The translations under genes were made by a program, and so were the position numbers. The notes beneath the pieces are model-generated. The model worked only from the letters and a program-made list of their open reading frames with translations. It was not told where the DNA came from and did not search any database. Shown in pieces: positions 28,159 to 36,252 of a stretch of 64,000 nucleotides of DNA (position 1 is its first letter; the number at the start of each line of letters is the position of its first letter). The stretch is from Actinomycetota bacterium (lineage in GTDB: Bacteria > Actinomycetota > Thermoleophilia > Gaiellales > Gaiellaceae), in contig JAIBJN010000002.1 in the NCBI GenBank assembly GCA_020029595.1, forward strand, positions 844-64,843, in the 5' to 3' direction.

Positions 28159-28230
28159 GCGTCCCGTGACCACGTTCCGGACGCGCTGCGAGCACGACCT
28201 CGAGGGCCTCTACCGGGAGCGGCTCGGCCG

Positions 28231-29622
28231 ATGACCAAGGTGATGATCCTCGGGCTCGACTGCGCGGAGCCGTCGCTGGTCCTGGAGCGCTGGCGCCACG
28301 AGCTCCCGGTCCTCTCCGGGCTCATGGACAAGGGCGCCCACGGGCGGCTCACCTCCGTGATCCCGCCCATCACCGTGCCGGCCTGGTCCTGCATGATGTC
28401 GAGCCGCACTCCCGGCGACCTGGGCGTCTACGGTTTCCGCAACCGCTCCGACCACTCCTACGACGGGCTCTTCATCGCCAACTCGACCGCGATCCGCGAG
28501 CCGCGCCTCTGGGATCTCGCGACAAGAGCGGGCAAGCCGTCGATCGTCCTCGGCGTCCCGGGCACCTACCCGCCTCGACCGCTGAACGGGGTGATGGTGA
28601 GCTGCTTCCTGACGCCGTCCACCGAGAGCCAGTTCACGTTCCCTCCCATCCTCAAGCGGGAGGTCGAGGAGGTCGTCGGGGAGTACCTCTTCGACGTCCG
28701 CGACTTCCGCACGGACGACAAGGACTACCTCCTGCGGCAGGTCTACGAGATGACGGATCGGCGCTTCCGGCTCGCCGAGCACCTCCTCGAGACGAAGCCG
28801 TGGGAGCTCTTCGCCATGGTGGAGATGGGCCCGGACCGGATGTACCACGGCTTCTGGAAGCTGATGGACCCGGAGCATCGGAAGCACGAGCCCGACAACC
28901 CTTTCCAGAGCGCGATCCTGGACTACCACAAGCACCTCGACCGGCTCATGGGCCGCCTGCTTGCGCACGCCGACGAGAAGACGGCCGTGTTGGTCGTCTC
29001 CGACCACGGCGGCAAGCGGATGGACGGCGGAATCCGCGTCAACGAGTGGCTGAGACGCGAGGGCCTCCTCGCCACGCTCCGCGACCCCGAGGAGGCCGTT
29101 CCTCTCCGCGAGGCCGGGATCGACTGGTCGCGGACGGTTGCCTGGGGCGAGGGCGGCTACTACTCCCGCATCTTCCTGAACGTCGCCGGCCGGGAGCCTG
29201 AAGGGATCGTTTCGCCCGAAGACTACGAGCGCGTCCGCGGCGGCCTCGCGGAGCGGCTCGCCGCCATCCCCGACGAGAACGGGGATCCGCTCGACACGCG
29301 CGTCTACCTCCCCGAGCAGGTCTACGAACAGGCGAACGGCGTCCCGCCCGATCTCATCGTCCACTTCGGAGACCTCTACTGGCGCTCCGTGGGCACAGTG
29401 GGCGGCCGCGAGGGCGTCCACACGTTCGAGAACGACACCGGCCCGGACGATGCGAACCACGCACAGGAGGGCCTCTTCGTGCTCGTCGCCCCGGGGGTTC
29501 ACCCCGGCCCGCGTGAGGGCGCCCGCCTCCTAGACGTCGCCCCCACGGTGCTCGAGCTCATGGGACTCGACGTTCCCGCCTCGATGCGCGGGACGAGCCT
29601 GCTTTCGGCTGGCGTGGCATGA
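28231..29622 (+). CDS. alkaline-phosphatase-superfamily enzyme (type I phosphodiesterase/nucleotide pyrophosphatase family), cytoplasmic
   Basis: 463 aa. MILGLDCAEP..., PPITVPAWSCMMSSRTPGDLGVYGF (Thr nucleophile context), VLVVSDHGG. No signal peptide. Confidence 0.75.
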   Translation: MTKVMILGLDCAEPSLVLERWRHELPVLSGLMDKGAHGRLTSVIPPITVPAWSCMMSSRTPGDLGVYGFRNRSDHSYDGLFIANSTAIREPRLWDLATRAGKPSIVLGVPGTYPPRPLNGVMVSCFLTPSTESQFTFPPILKREVEEVVGEYLFDVRDFRTDDKDYLLRQVYEMTDRRFRLAEHLLETKPWELFAMVEMGPDRMYHGFWKLMDPEHRKHEPDNPFQSAILDYHKHLDRLMGRLLAHADEKTAVLVVSDHGGKRMDGGIRVNEWLRREGLLATLRDPEEAVPLREAGIDWSRTVAWGEGGYYSRIFLNVAGREPEGIVSPEDYERVRGGLAERLAAIPDENGDPLDTRVYLPEQVYEQANGVPPDLIVHFGDLYWRSVGTVGGREGVHTFENDTGPDDANHAQEGLFVLVAPGVHPGPREGARLLDVAPTVLELMGLDVPASMRGTSLLSAGVA

Positions 29623-29675
29623 GCCCTAGTCCTTTGGCCGGGTGACCACGGGCCGCTCGGCCCTAAGATGAGCGG

Positions 29676-30614
29676 GTGGGCACGGCTCTCGTAACCGGCG
29701 GGGCCGGCTTCCTCGGCTCCCACCTCTGCGACTACCTACTTGCGCAGGGCGACCGCGTCATCTGCCTTGACAACCTCGACACGGGAAATCTCCAGAACAT
29801 CGAGCACATCCGTGACGACGCCTTCGACTTCGTGAACCACGACCTCACAGAGCCACTCTTCATCGAGCAGCCGATCGACTACGTCTTCCATCTCGCGAGC
29901 CCCGCGAGCCCGATCGACTATGCCCGGCTGCCCCTGCACACGCTCAAGGTGGGCTCCTACGGCACGCACCACGCGCTCGGGCTCGCGAAGTTCAAGCGCG
30001 CGCGCTTCCTGCTCGCCTCCACGAGCGAGGTGTACGGGGACCCCCAGGTGCACCCCCAGCCCGAGACGTACTGGGGGCACGTGAACTCCATCGGCCCGCG
30101 CGGCGTCTACGACGAGGCGAAGCGCTACGCCGAGGCGCTGACGATGGCCTACCACCGCCAGCAGGGTGTCAACACGTGTATCGCGCGGATCTTCAACACG
30201 TACGGCCCGCGCATGCGGCCACACGACGGGCGCGCGATCCCGACGTTCGTCCGCCAGGCGCGTGAGGGCGAGCCGGTCACGATCTTCGGAGACGGATCGC
30301 AGACCCGTTCCTTCTGCTTCGTGGACGACCTTGTCCGCGGGCTCCACCTCCTCGCCACGAGCGGCGAGCACCTGCCCGTCAACCTCGGGAACCCTCGGGA
30401 GATGACCCTTCTCGAGCTCGCCGAGGCGGTCATCCGCGTCTCTGGCTCGAAGAGCGAGCTCGTCTTCCAGGCTCTGCCCGTCGACGATCCGCAGGTCCGC
30501 CAGCCGGACATCACCCGCGCACGCCAGGTTCTCGGCTGGGAGCCCGAGGTCGAGCTCGAGGAAGGCTTGAGGCGAACGATGGCCTCGCTGGAGTCCGGCG
30601 CGCCCGCGCGCTGA
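29676..30614 (+). CDS. UDP-glucuronate decarboxylase (UDP-xylose synthase)
   Basis: 312 aa. [51 protein letters not shown] (YxxxK), [11 protein letters not shown]. Very close to the UXS/ArnA-decarboxylase consensus. Confidence 0.9.
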   Translation: MGTALVTGGAGFLGSHLCDYLLAQGDRVICLDNLDTGNLQNIEHIRDDAFDFVNHDLTEPLFIEQPIDYVFHLASPASPIDYARLPLHTLKVGSYGTHHALGLAKFKRARFLLASTSEVYGDPQVHPQPETYWGHVNSIGPRGVYDEAKRYAEALTMAYHRQQGVNTCIARIFNTYGPRMRPHDGRAIPTFVRQAREGEPVTIFGDGSQTRSFCFVDDLVRGLHLLATSGEHLPVNLGNPREMTLLELAEAVIRVSGSKSELVFQALPVDDPQVRQPDITRARQVLGWEPEVELEEGLRRTMASLESGAPAR

Positions 30615-30649
30615 GCCAGGCGCGGGCCCTAGGTCTGTAGTCGGTACAG

Positions 30650-32026
30650 CTAGGCGGGTAACTCCGGCGCGGGCTCCTCGGCCTCCGGCAGTTGCCAAAC
30701 GACCGCCGAGGGCCGGCCGATGCCCTCGTACGTGAAGCCGGCCGCGCGGGCGGTTGCCGGGTCGAGTAGGTTCCGCCCGTCCACGATGAGAGGCGTCCGC
30801 ATAGCCTGCCGCACCTCAGGCGAGGCCAACCGGCCGAGCTCGGGCCACTCGGTCACGACGACTGCGGCGTCGGCGCCGTCGACGGCCTCGAGGAGGGTCT
30901 CGGCGAACTCCACCCCTCCGAGGAGCTCTCGGGCTTCCTCGAGCGCGACGGGATCCCAGGCGCGCACGACCGCGCCCTCAGTGAGGAGGCGGGGCACGAG
31001 CACGAGACTCGGCGCCTCCCGCATGTCGTTCGTGCCCGGCTTGAAGGCGAGGCCCAGGAGCGCCACGGTCCGGCCCCGCAGGTCACCGAGGTGGGCCTGG
31101 AGCTTCTGCACGATGCGCCGCTTCTGGAGCTCGTTGACCTCGATCACCGCCGTGAGGAGCTGGAAGTGGTACCCGGAGTTCGCCGCGAGCTGCTTGAGAG
31201 CCGAGGCGTCCTTGGGAAAGCACGAGCCCCCGTAGCCGATGCCCGCTTTCAGGAAGTGCGGCCCGACGCGGTCGTCCAGCCCGACCCCGCGCGCCACCTC
31301 CTCGATGTCTGCCCCGACGAGCTCGCAGACGTTCGCAATCTCGTTGATGAAGCTGATCCTCGTCGCAAGCGCCGCGTTCGAGGCGAGCTTGATCATCTCC
31401 GCGGAGGCGACGTCGGTGCGCACGATCGGCGCTCCGAGCGGCTCGTACAGGGCCGCCACGCGGTCGCCGTCGGCATCCACGAAGGCCCCGACGACGACGC
31501 GGGCCGGCTCTCTGAAGTTCGCCAGGGCCGTCCCCTCCGCGAGGAACTCCGGGTTCGAGACGTAGCCCACGAAGGGAAGGCCGCGCGCGTCGAGGCGCGC
31601 CCGCACTCGCTCGCCGGTCCGCACGGGGACTGTGCTCTTCATGACGAGCACGATCCGCTCGTCGAGGCCGGAGAGCTCGTCGACGACCTGCCAAACCGCG
31701 GAGAGGTCGGCGTCGCCGGAGTACGCAGAGGGCGTCCCGACGCAGACGAAGGCGAGGCCGGCCGACTCGACGACGTCGCGCATCTCGAGCGTGAAGCGGA
31801 GCCGATCGCGGTTCCGGGCGAGCATCTCGCCGAGACCGGGCTCGTGGATCGGAACCTCCCCGGCCGCGAGGGCCGCCACACGCTCCGGCACGACGTCCCT
31901 GACCGTCACGCGGTGGCCGAGCTCGGCGAAGCAGGCGGCCGTGACGAGGCCGACCCACCCCGCACCCAGGACGCCAAGGGGCTCGCGGTCCACGGAAGGG
32001 AGTCTAGTGCGCCCTCCGCGGCTCAC
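30650..32026 (-). CDS. UDP-glucose/UDP-N-acetylhexosamine 6-dehydrogenase family protein
   Basis: 458-aa ORF. LGVLGAGWVGLVTAACFAELGH (NAD fold), GYGGSCFPKD (catalytic Cys), LGLAFKPGTNDMREAP. GTG at 31993 is a likely alternative start. The substrate (UDP-Glc or UDP-GlcNAc) cannot be told from the sequence alone. Confidence 0.9.
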   Translation of the reverse strand: MSRGGRTRLPSVDREPLGVLGAGWVGLVTAACFAELGHRVTVRDVVPERVAALAAGEVPIHEPGLGEMLARNRDRLRFTLEMRDVVESAGLAFVCVGTPSAYSGDADLSAVWQVVDELSGLDERIVLVMKSTVPVRTGERVRARLDARGLPFVGYVSNPEFLAEGTALANFREPARVVVGAFVDADGDRVAALYEPLGAPIVRTDVASAEMIKLASNAALATRISFINEIANVCELVGADIEEVARGVGLDDRVGPHFLKAGIGYGGSCFPKDASALKQLAANSGYHFQLLTAVIEVNELQKRRIVQKLQAHLGDLRGRTVALLGLAFKPGTNDMREAPSLVLVPRLLTEGAVVRAWDPVALEEARELLGGVEFAETLLEAVDGADAAVVVTEWPELGRLASPEVRQAMRTPLIVDGRNLLDPATARAAGFTYEGIGRPSAVVWQLPEAEEPAPELPA

Positions 32027-32144
32027 TGTCCCCCGTCAAGGGGATGCGAACCTGCCGCAGGCGTTGCTCTCACGTTGGAGGGGTGGTGCCGGGCTATCCA
32101 CACGACCAAAGGTGAGCTATGGTCCAGTTCCTTCGTGCAGTTCG

Positions 32145-32166
32145 ATCGAAAGGCGGCCCTTTCGAT
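32145..32166. repeat. 22-bp palindrome ATCGAAAGG-CGGC-CCTTTCGAT overlapping the ATG of the first LuxR-type gene
   Basis: 9-bp arms at 32145-32153 and 32158-32166 with loop CGGC. The last two bases of the right arm are the A and T of ATG 32165. A GAAAGG Shine-Dalgarno-like element lies in the left arm. Confidence 0.7.
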
Positions 32167-32932
32167 GAGTCTTTCTGAGCATCGCACCGCAGTTCTGCTG
32201 GACCGGCATCCCATCTGGCTGGACGTCGTGGAGCAGGTTCTCGAGCGCATCGGAGTCGAAGTCGAGGGCAAGGCAACCTCTCCCGACCGCGCCCTCGCTC
32301 TCATCGAGGAGCACAGGCCCAGCCTGCTCGTGCTGGGCATCGGGATGGGCGATCGAGAGCTAGACGGGATCGAATACGTCGGTCTCGCACGGCAGCGCGC
32401 GCCAGAACTCAAGGTGGTCGTGCACTCCGCGCACGCCGATCCGCAGCACGTCGACGCGGCGCTCGCGGCCGGCGCGCAGGCCTACGTGCTCAAGTCCGCA
32501 CACGCCGACGACCTCGCCTCTGCGATCCGGCAGGCATTCGATCACTCCGTTTACCTCGCCCGCCGACGCAACGGGAGGCGGCAGCTGGCCCCCGAGTCCG
32601 TCGCCGAGACGTGGGGGCTCACCCGCCGTGAGCTCGAGATCCTCACCCTGGTGGCGGAGGGGCACTCGAACGCACAGCTCGCGCGGATGCTGTGGGTGAC
32701 GGAGCAGACCGTCAAGTACCACCTCTCCAACGTCTACCGCAAGCTCGATCTCTCGAACCGGACCGAGGCAGGTCGGTGGGCGCAGCTCCACGGCCTGCTC
32801 CCGACCGAGTCGACGCCGAACGGAGGGGTGCCCCCGCCGGAGCCGCACGAGCGCGACGGCCACGCGTTCGGGGCCAGGCCCGCGCCTGCACATCGAGATG
32901 AGGGGGCGACGGCGGGCTGGCGGGACCACTGA
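32165..32932 (+). CDS. LuxR/NarL-family regulator with atypical (aspartate-less) receiver domain, copy 1
   Basis: From ATG 32165: MSLSEHRTAVLLDRHPIW... The receiver fold is kept (conserved S in VVVHSAH, K in YVLKSA), but the phospho-acceptor position reads SLLVLGIGMG (G instead of D). The C-terminal HTH is [43 protein letters not shown]. 255 aa. Confidence 0.85.
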   Translation: MSLSEHRTAVLLDRHPIWLDVVEQVLERIGVEVEGKATSPDRALALIEEHRPSLLVLGIGMGDRELDGIEYVGLARQRAPELKVVVHSAHADPQHVDAALAAGAQAYVLKSAHADDLASAIRQAFDHSVYLARRRNGRRQLAPESVAETWGLTRRELEILTLVAEGHSNAQLARMLWVTEQTVKYHLSNVYRKLDLSNRTEAGRWAQLHGLLPTESTPNGGVPPPEPHERDGHAFGARPAPAHRDEGATAGWRDH

Positions 32933-33050
32933 GAGTTCTCCACCGGGTTTCCCCAGCTTCTCCACAGATCTCCACGAGCCCCCATTCGAGGGATTCTCGC
33001 GGGGTGAGGACGTTTTCCACACTTTCGGCTAGGTCCCACACTTGCGGTTC

Positions 33051-33080
33051 CTGCTTCGATGCGATAGAAGCAGCGTTTTG
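33051..33080 (+). terminator. hairpin plus T-tract (possible weak intrinsic terminator or attenuator) between the two LuxR genes
   Basis: CTGCTTC-gatgcgata-GAAGCAG (7-bp stem, 9-nt loop) followed by CGTTTTG. It lies 118 nt after the copy-1 stop and 30 nt before the copy-2 start. The T-tract is short, so this is speculative. Confidence 0.3.
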
Positions 33081-33089
33081 CGGCTCTCG

Positions 33090-33111
33090 ATCGAAAGGCG
33101 GCCCTTTCGGT
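33090..33111. repeat. second copy of the palindrome, ATCGAAAGG-CGGC-CCTTTCGGT, overlapping the GTG of the second LuxR-type gene
   Basis: Matches the first palindrome at 21 of 22 positions. The right arm ends in the G and T of GTG 33110 (one G-U wobble). Confidence 0.7.
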
Positions 33112-33772
33112 GAACACTCACCTGGACAAACGCACTGCCGTCCTCCTGGACCAGTACCCGCTGTGGTTGGAGACATTGGCGCAGGTCGTCGAGCGAGTCG
33201 GCGTCGACGTGGTCGCGAAGACCAACTCCTCTTCCGCAGCCCTGGCCGTCATCGAGGCACGGTCTCCCAACCTCCTCATCACAGGCATCAAGACGCCCGA
33301 GGCGGACGTCGACGGCGTCGGCCTCATCTGCCGGGCGCGCGAGCTGCACCCGGAGCTGAAGGTGATCGTCCTCTCCATGTACGACGATCCCCAGCTCATC
33401 GAGGCGGCGTTCGCTGCGGGCGCCGTCGCCTACGTTCTCAAGACGGCACACCCCGATGACCTCACGTCCGCCGTCCGGCAGGCGTTCGAGCACTCCATCT
33501 ACCTGGCCGGCGCCCGGCCTGCCCGAGCGCCCGCGGCTCGCCCGACGGACTCGCCGGGGCTGACGCGACGGGAGCTGGAGATCCTTCGGCTGGTCGCCGA
33601 GGGGCATTCGAACGCCGAGCTTGCCCGGATGCTGTGGGTCACCGAGCAGACGGTGAAGTTCCACTTGTCGAACATCTACCGGAAGCTCAACGTGTCCAAC
33701 CGGACAGAGGCGAGCCGCTGGGCCCAGCTCCGCGGTCTCCTGCAGGCACCGGCCGTGCCGGCGACCGCATAG
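33110..33772 (+). CDS. LuxR/NarL-family regulator with atypical (aspartate-less) receiver domain, copy 2
   Basis: 220 aa. [12 protein letters not shown]..., acceptor position [11 protein letters not shown] (G instead of D), [46 protein letters not shown]. Clearly paralogous to copy 1. Confidence 0.85.
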   Translation: MNTHLDKRTAVLLDQYPLWLETLAQVVERVGVDVVAKTNSSSAALAVIEARSPNLLITGIKTPEADVDGVGLICRARELHPELKVIVLSMYDDPQLIEAAFAAGAVAYVLKTAHPDDLTSAVRQAFEHSIYLAGARPARAPAARPTDSPGLTRRELEILRLVAEGHSNAELARMLWVTEQTVKFHLSNIYRKLNVSNRTEASRWAQLRGLLQAPAVPATA

Positions 33773-33785
33773 GGGTCGGGGCGAC

Positions 33786-34328
33786 GTGCTCCTTCATCGA
33801 GGCCCCGTGAGGGCGGGATCGAGCGCGGACGCGCCGCTGTCCACCGAACCGGCGAACGACGCCCCGCATCGCCTCATTCGGGACGTGACGTTCGGGGAGG
33901 GCGTGATCGTGCATCCCTTCACGAACCTCTACGGATGTCGGATAGGTGCGCACACGCGCATCGGCCCCTTCGTCGAGATCCAGGGTGGCGTGGTCATCGG
34001 GGCGCAGTGCAAGATCCAGAGCCACGCCTTCCTGTGCGAGGGCGTCGACATCGAGGACGAGGTCTTCGTCGGTCACGGCGTCGTGTTCGTGAACGACAAG
34101 TTCCCCCGGGCGACGATCGACGAGGGGCTCCTCCAGACGAACAGCGACTGGACCGTACTCGCGACGACCGTCGAACGGCGCGCGTCCCTCGGCTCGGGCG
34201 CGGTGATCCTCGGCGGCGTGCGAATCGGCGAAGGCGCCCTGGTGGGCGCCGGTGCAGTCGTCACACGAGACGTTCCGGCCGGCCAGGTCGTCGCCGGAAA
34301 CCCCGCCCGCGAGCTCGTGCGGCGCTAG
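33786..34328 (+). CDS. left-handed beta-helix (hexapeptide) sugar N-acetyltransferase, WlbB/WbpD-like
   Basis: 180-aa [60 protein letters not shown]...[40 protein letters not shown]. The layout matches UDP-2-acetamido-3-amino-2,3-dideoxyuronate N-acetyltransferases. The start is uncertain. Confidence 0.8.
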   Translation: MLLHRGPVRAGSSADAPLSTEPANDAPHRLIRDVTFGEGVIVHPFTNLYGCRIGAHTRIGPFVEIQGGVVIGAQCKIQSHAFLCEGVDIEDEVFVGHGVVFVNDKFPRATIDEGLLQTNSDWTVLATTVERRASLGSGAVILGGVRIGEGALVGAGAVVTRDVPAGQVVAGNPARELVRR

Positions 34329-34390
34329 GAACCGGTCGACGACATCGGGACCGTTCGGAAGCGTGGCCGCGCCACTGCCGTTCATGGGAC

Positions 34391-35434
34391 ATGACGCGCC
34401 CTTGCGGGGTCGTCCTCGTCCTCAATCGCCGACGCGCCGTGGGCCCGAGCCCCGCGGTCTGGCCGCCGCAGCTCATGCCGGTCGCCAATCGCCCCCTGCT
34501 CGACCACGCCCTTGGGGCCCTGCGGGCCGCCGGGGTGGCGGAGATCGTCGTGGTCGCCGACTCCTCGAGCGGATCCAGGGTGCGAGGAGCCCTGACGAAC
34601 TCGAGGTCTCGGAGCGCGGTACACGTCATCGACGCGCCCCGTTCCGGCGGCGAGGTGGCCGCGCTCGACGCCGCCCGCCGGATGACCGGGGACGCCCCGC
34701 TCGTCGTCCATCGCGGTGACGCGCTCGCCGGCGATCTCCTGTCCCACGAGCTGCCGCGCTTCCTCGCCGGCCAGGCGGATGCCGCGGTGCTCTTCCTCGA
34801 GCCGGGCTTGAGGCAGGAGGACCCGTCCCGTCACCTCTCCGCGTGGGCGCGCCACAGCCGCCCGGAACCCCTGGGCATCGAGCTGCTCTCCTCGCCCATG
34901 CTGGATGCTCTCTGCACCCTGAACCGAACCGGGGGAGGAAAGCGCAGGCTCGCCGGCCCGTTGGCGCAGGCCGGAGGCTCCGGCTGGGAGGTCGAGCAGC
35001 GCGTCCTCACGCACGGGTGGCGCCTGCACGAGAGCGCCGAGAGCGTTCTCGACGGCAATCGCTTCGCTCTCGAGGACCTCAGCGCGGACTGGCACCCCGA
35101 CTCGCTCGTACGAACGCGCCTCGAAGGCCGAGTCGCAATCCATCCCTCGAGTCGCGTGGAGGACTCGCTGCTCCGCGGCCCCTGCGTGATCGGTGCGAAC
35201 GCCACGATCCGCCACGCGTACGTGGGGCCCTACACGGCGATCGGTCCCGGCTGCGTGATCGAGAACGCCGAGCTCGAGCACTCGGTGATCCTGCAGGACG
35301 CGACCATTCGCGACGTCGGTTGGCGGCTCGAGCACAGCGTCGTGGGCGCCCGCGCCCGCGTAGCGCGCGAGTTTCGCCTCCCGCAAGCCGTTCACCTCTG
35401 TCTCGGCGACGACGCGCGCATCTCCGTGAGTTGA
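34391..35434 (+). CDS. sugar-1-phosphate nucleotidyltransferase-like protein (long RmlA-type with C-terminal LbH domain) with a degenerate active-site loop
   Basis: From ATG 34391, 347 aa. PQLMPVANRPLLDHALGALRAAGVAEIVVV and the C-terminal IGANATIRHAYVGPYTAIGPGCVIENAELEHSVILQDATI match long-form G1P thymidylyltransferases. The GGxGTRLxPLT loop is replaced by VLNRRRAVGPSPAVWP. Confidence 0.7.
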   Translation: MTRPCGVVLVLNRRRAVGPSPAVWPPQLMPVANRPLLDHALGALRAAGVAEIVVVADSSSGSRVRGALTNSRSRSAVHVIDAPRSGGEVAALDAARRMTGDAPLVVHRGDALAGDLLSHELPRFLAGQADAAVLFLEPGLRQEDPSRHLSAWARHSRPEPLGIELLSSPMLDALCTLNRTGGGKRRLAGPLAQAGGSGWEVEQRVLTHGWRLHESAESVLDGNRFALEDLSADWHPDSLVRTRLEGRVAIHPSSRVEDSLLRGPCVIGANATIRHAYVGPYTAIGPGCVIENAELEHSVILQDATIRDVGWRLEHSVVGARARVAREFRLPQAVHLCLGDDARISVS

Positions 35435-35604
35435 CCCGGCCCGCCGCCGTCAGTCGGACTTTTCTCGGACCGACTTTTTCTCGACTCCGAAGACCGCTTC
35501 TCGCCTCGTTCTCCTCCCGTAGAGGACAAGGCGCGGGCGGCGCGCGCCATTCGCCGGGCCACGCGCTCGGCGCTCGGGCGAGCGCCCACCGACAGGAGGG
35601 CGAG

Positions 35605-36252
35605 ATGGGGAGCGACATGCGAACGCGGGCGGACAAGCTCGTGGCAAGCAGCGGGACGCGGCTGAGGCGCAACCGGACGATCACCAACTCGCCCGAGGAG
35701 GAGCGGGCGGTCGCGCAGGCGGTGGCCCGGGCGAAGGCCGGCGACCGCGAGGCGATTCGGTACCTCTACCTCCGCTACGCGAACAACGTCTACGGCTACG
35801 TGCGAAGCATCGTTCACGACGACTACGAGGCCGAGGACATCACCCAGCACGTCTTCGCAAAGCTCATCACAGTCATCGACCGGTACGAGCCCCTCGCGGT
35901 GCCTTTCTCGCGGTGGATGCTGCGGCTCGCGCACAACGCCGCGATCGACTACCTGCGCGCGTGCAACGCGATTCCCTGCGAGGAGGTGCGAAAAGCCGAT
36001 GAGCCCGCGGACGAAGGCCGGGGCGACCGCTCGAGCTGTCTGCGCAGCGCCCTGGCCGAGCTTTCAGATGACCAGCGCAACGTCGTCGTCTTGCGCCATC
36101 TCGTAGGCCTCTCCCCGGGCGAGATCGCCGAGCGGATGGATCGGACCGAGAGCTCGATTCACGGCCTCCATCATCGCGCCCGCGGCGCATTGCGGGCGCG
36201 CCTCGAGCAGATGGAGTCCGGTCCGGTCACTGCGCAGGGGGTGACCCGGTGA
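35605..36252 (+). CDS. ECF-type RNA polymerase sigma-70 family factor
   Basis: From ATG 35605 (AGGAGGG 7 nt upstream), 215 aa. Region 2 is AEDITQHVFAKLITVIDRYEP...FSRWMLRLAHNAAIDYLR. Region 4 is LSDDQRNVVVLRHLVGLSPGEIAERMDRTESSIHGLHHRARGALR. Confidence 0.88.
   Translation: MGSDMRTRADKLVASSGTRLRRNRTITNSPEEERAVAQAVARAKAGDREAIRYLYLRYANNVYGYVRSIVHDDYEAEDITQHVFAKLITVIDRYEPLAVPFSRWMLRLAHNAAIDYLRACNAIPCEEVRKADEPADEGRGDRSSCLRSALAELSDDQRNVVVLRHLVGLSPGEIAERMDRTESSIHGLHHRARGALRARLEQMESGPVTAQGVTR

Noticed and set aside
27916-29622. The RHH protein plus its downstream gene might be a toxin-antitoxin pair.
   Set aside because: The downstream gene is a 463-aa alkaline-phosphatase-superfamily enzyme separated by 72 bp, not a small toxin. 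No PIN, RelE, ParE or similar fold is present.
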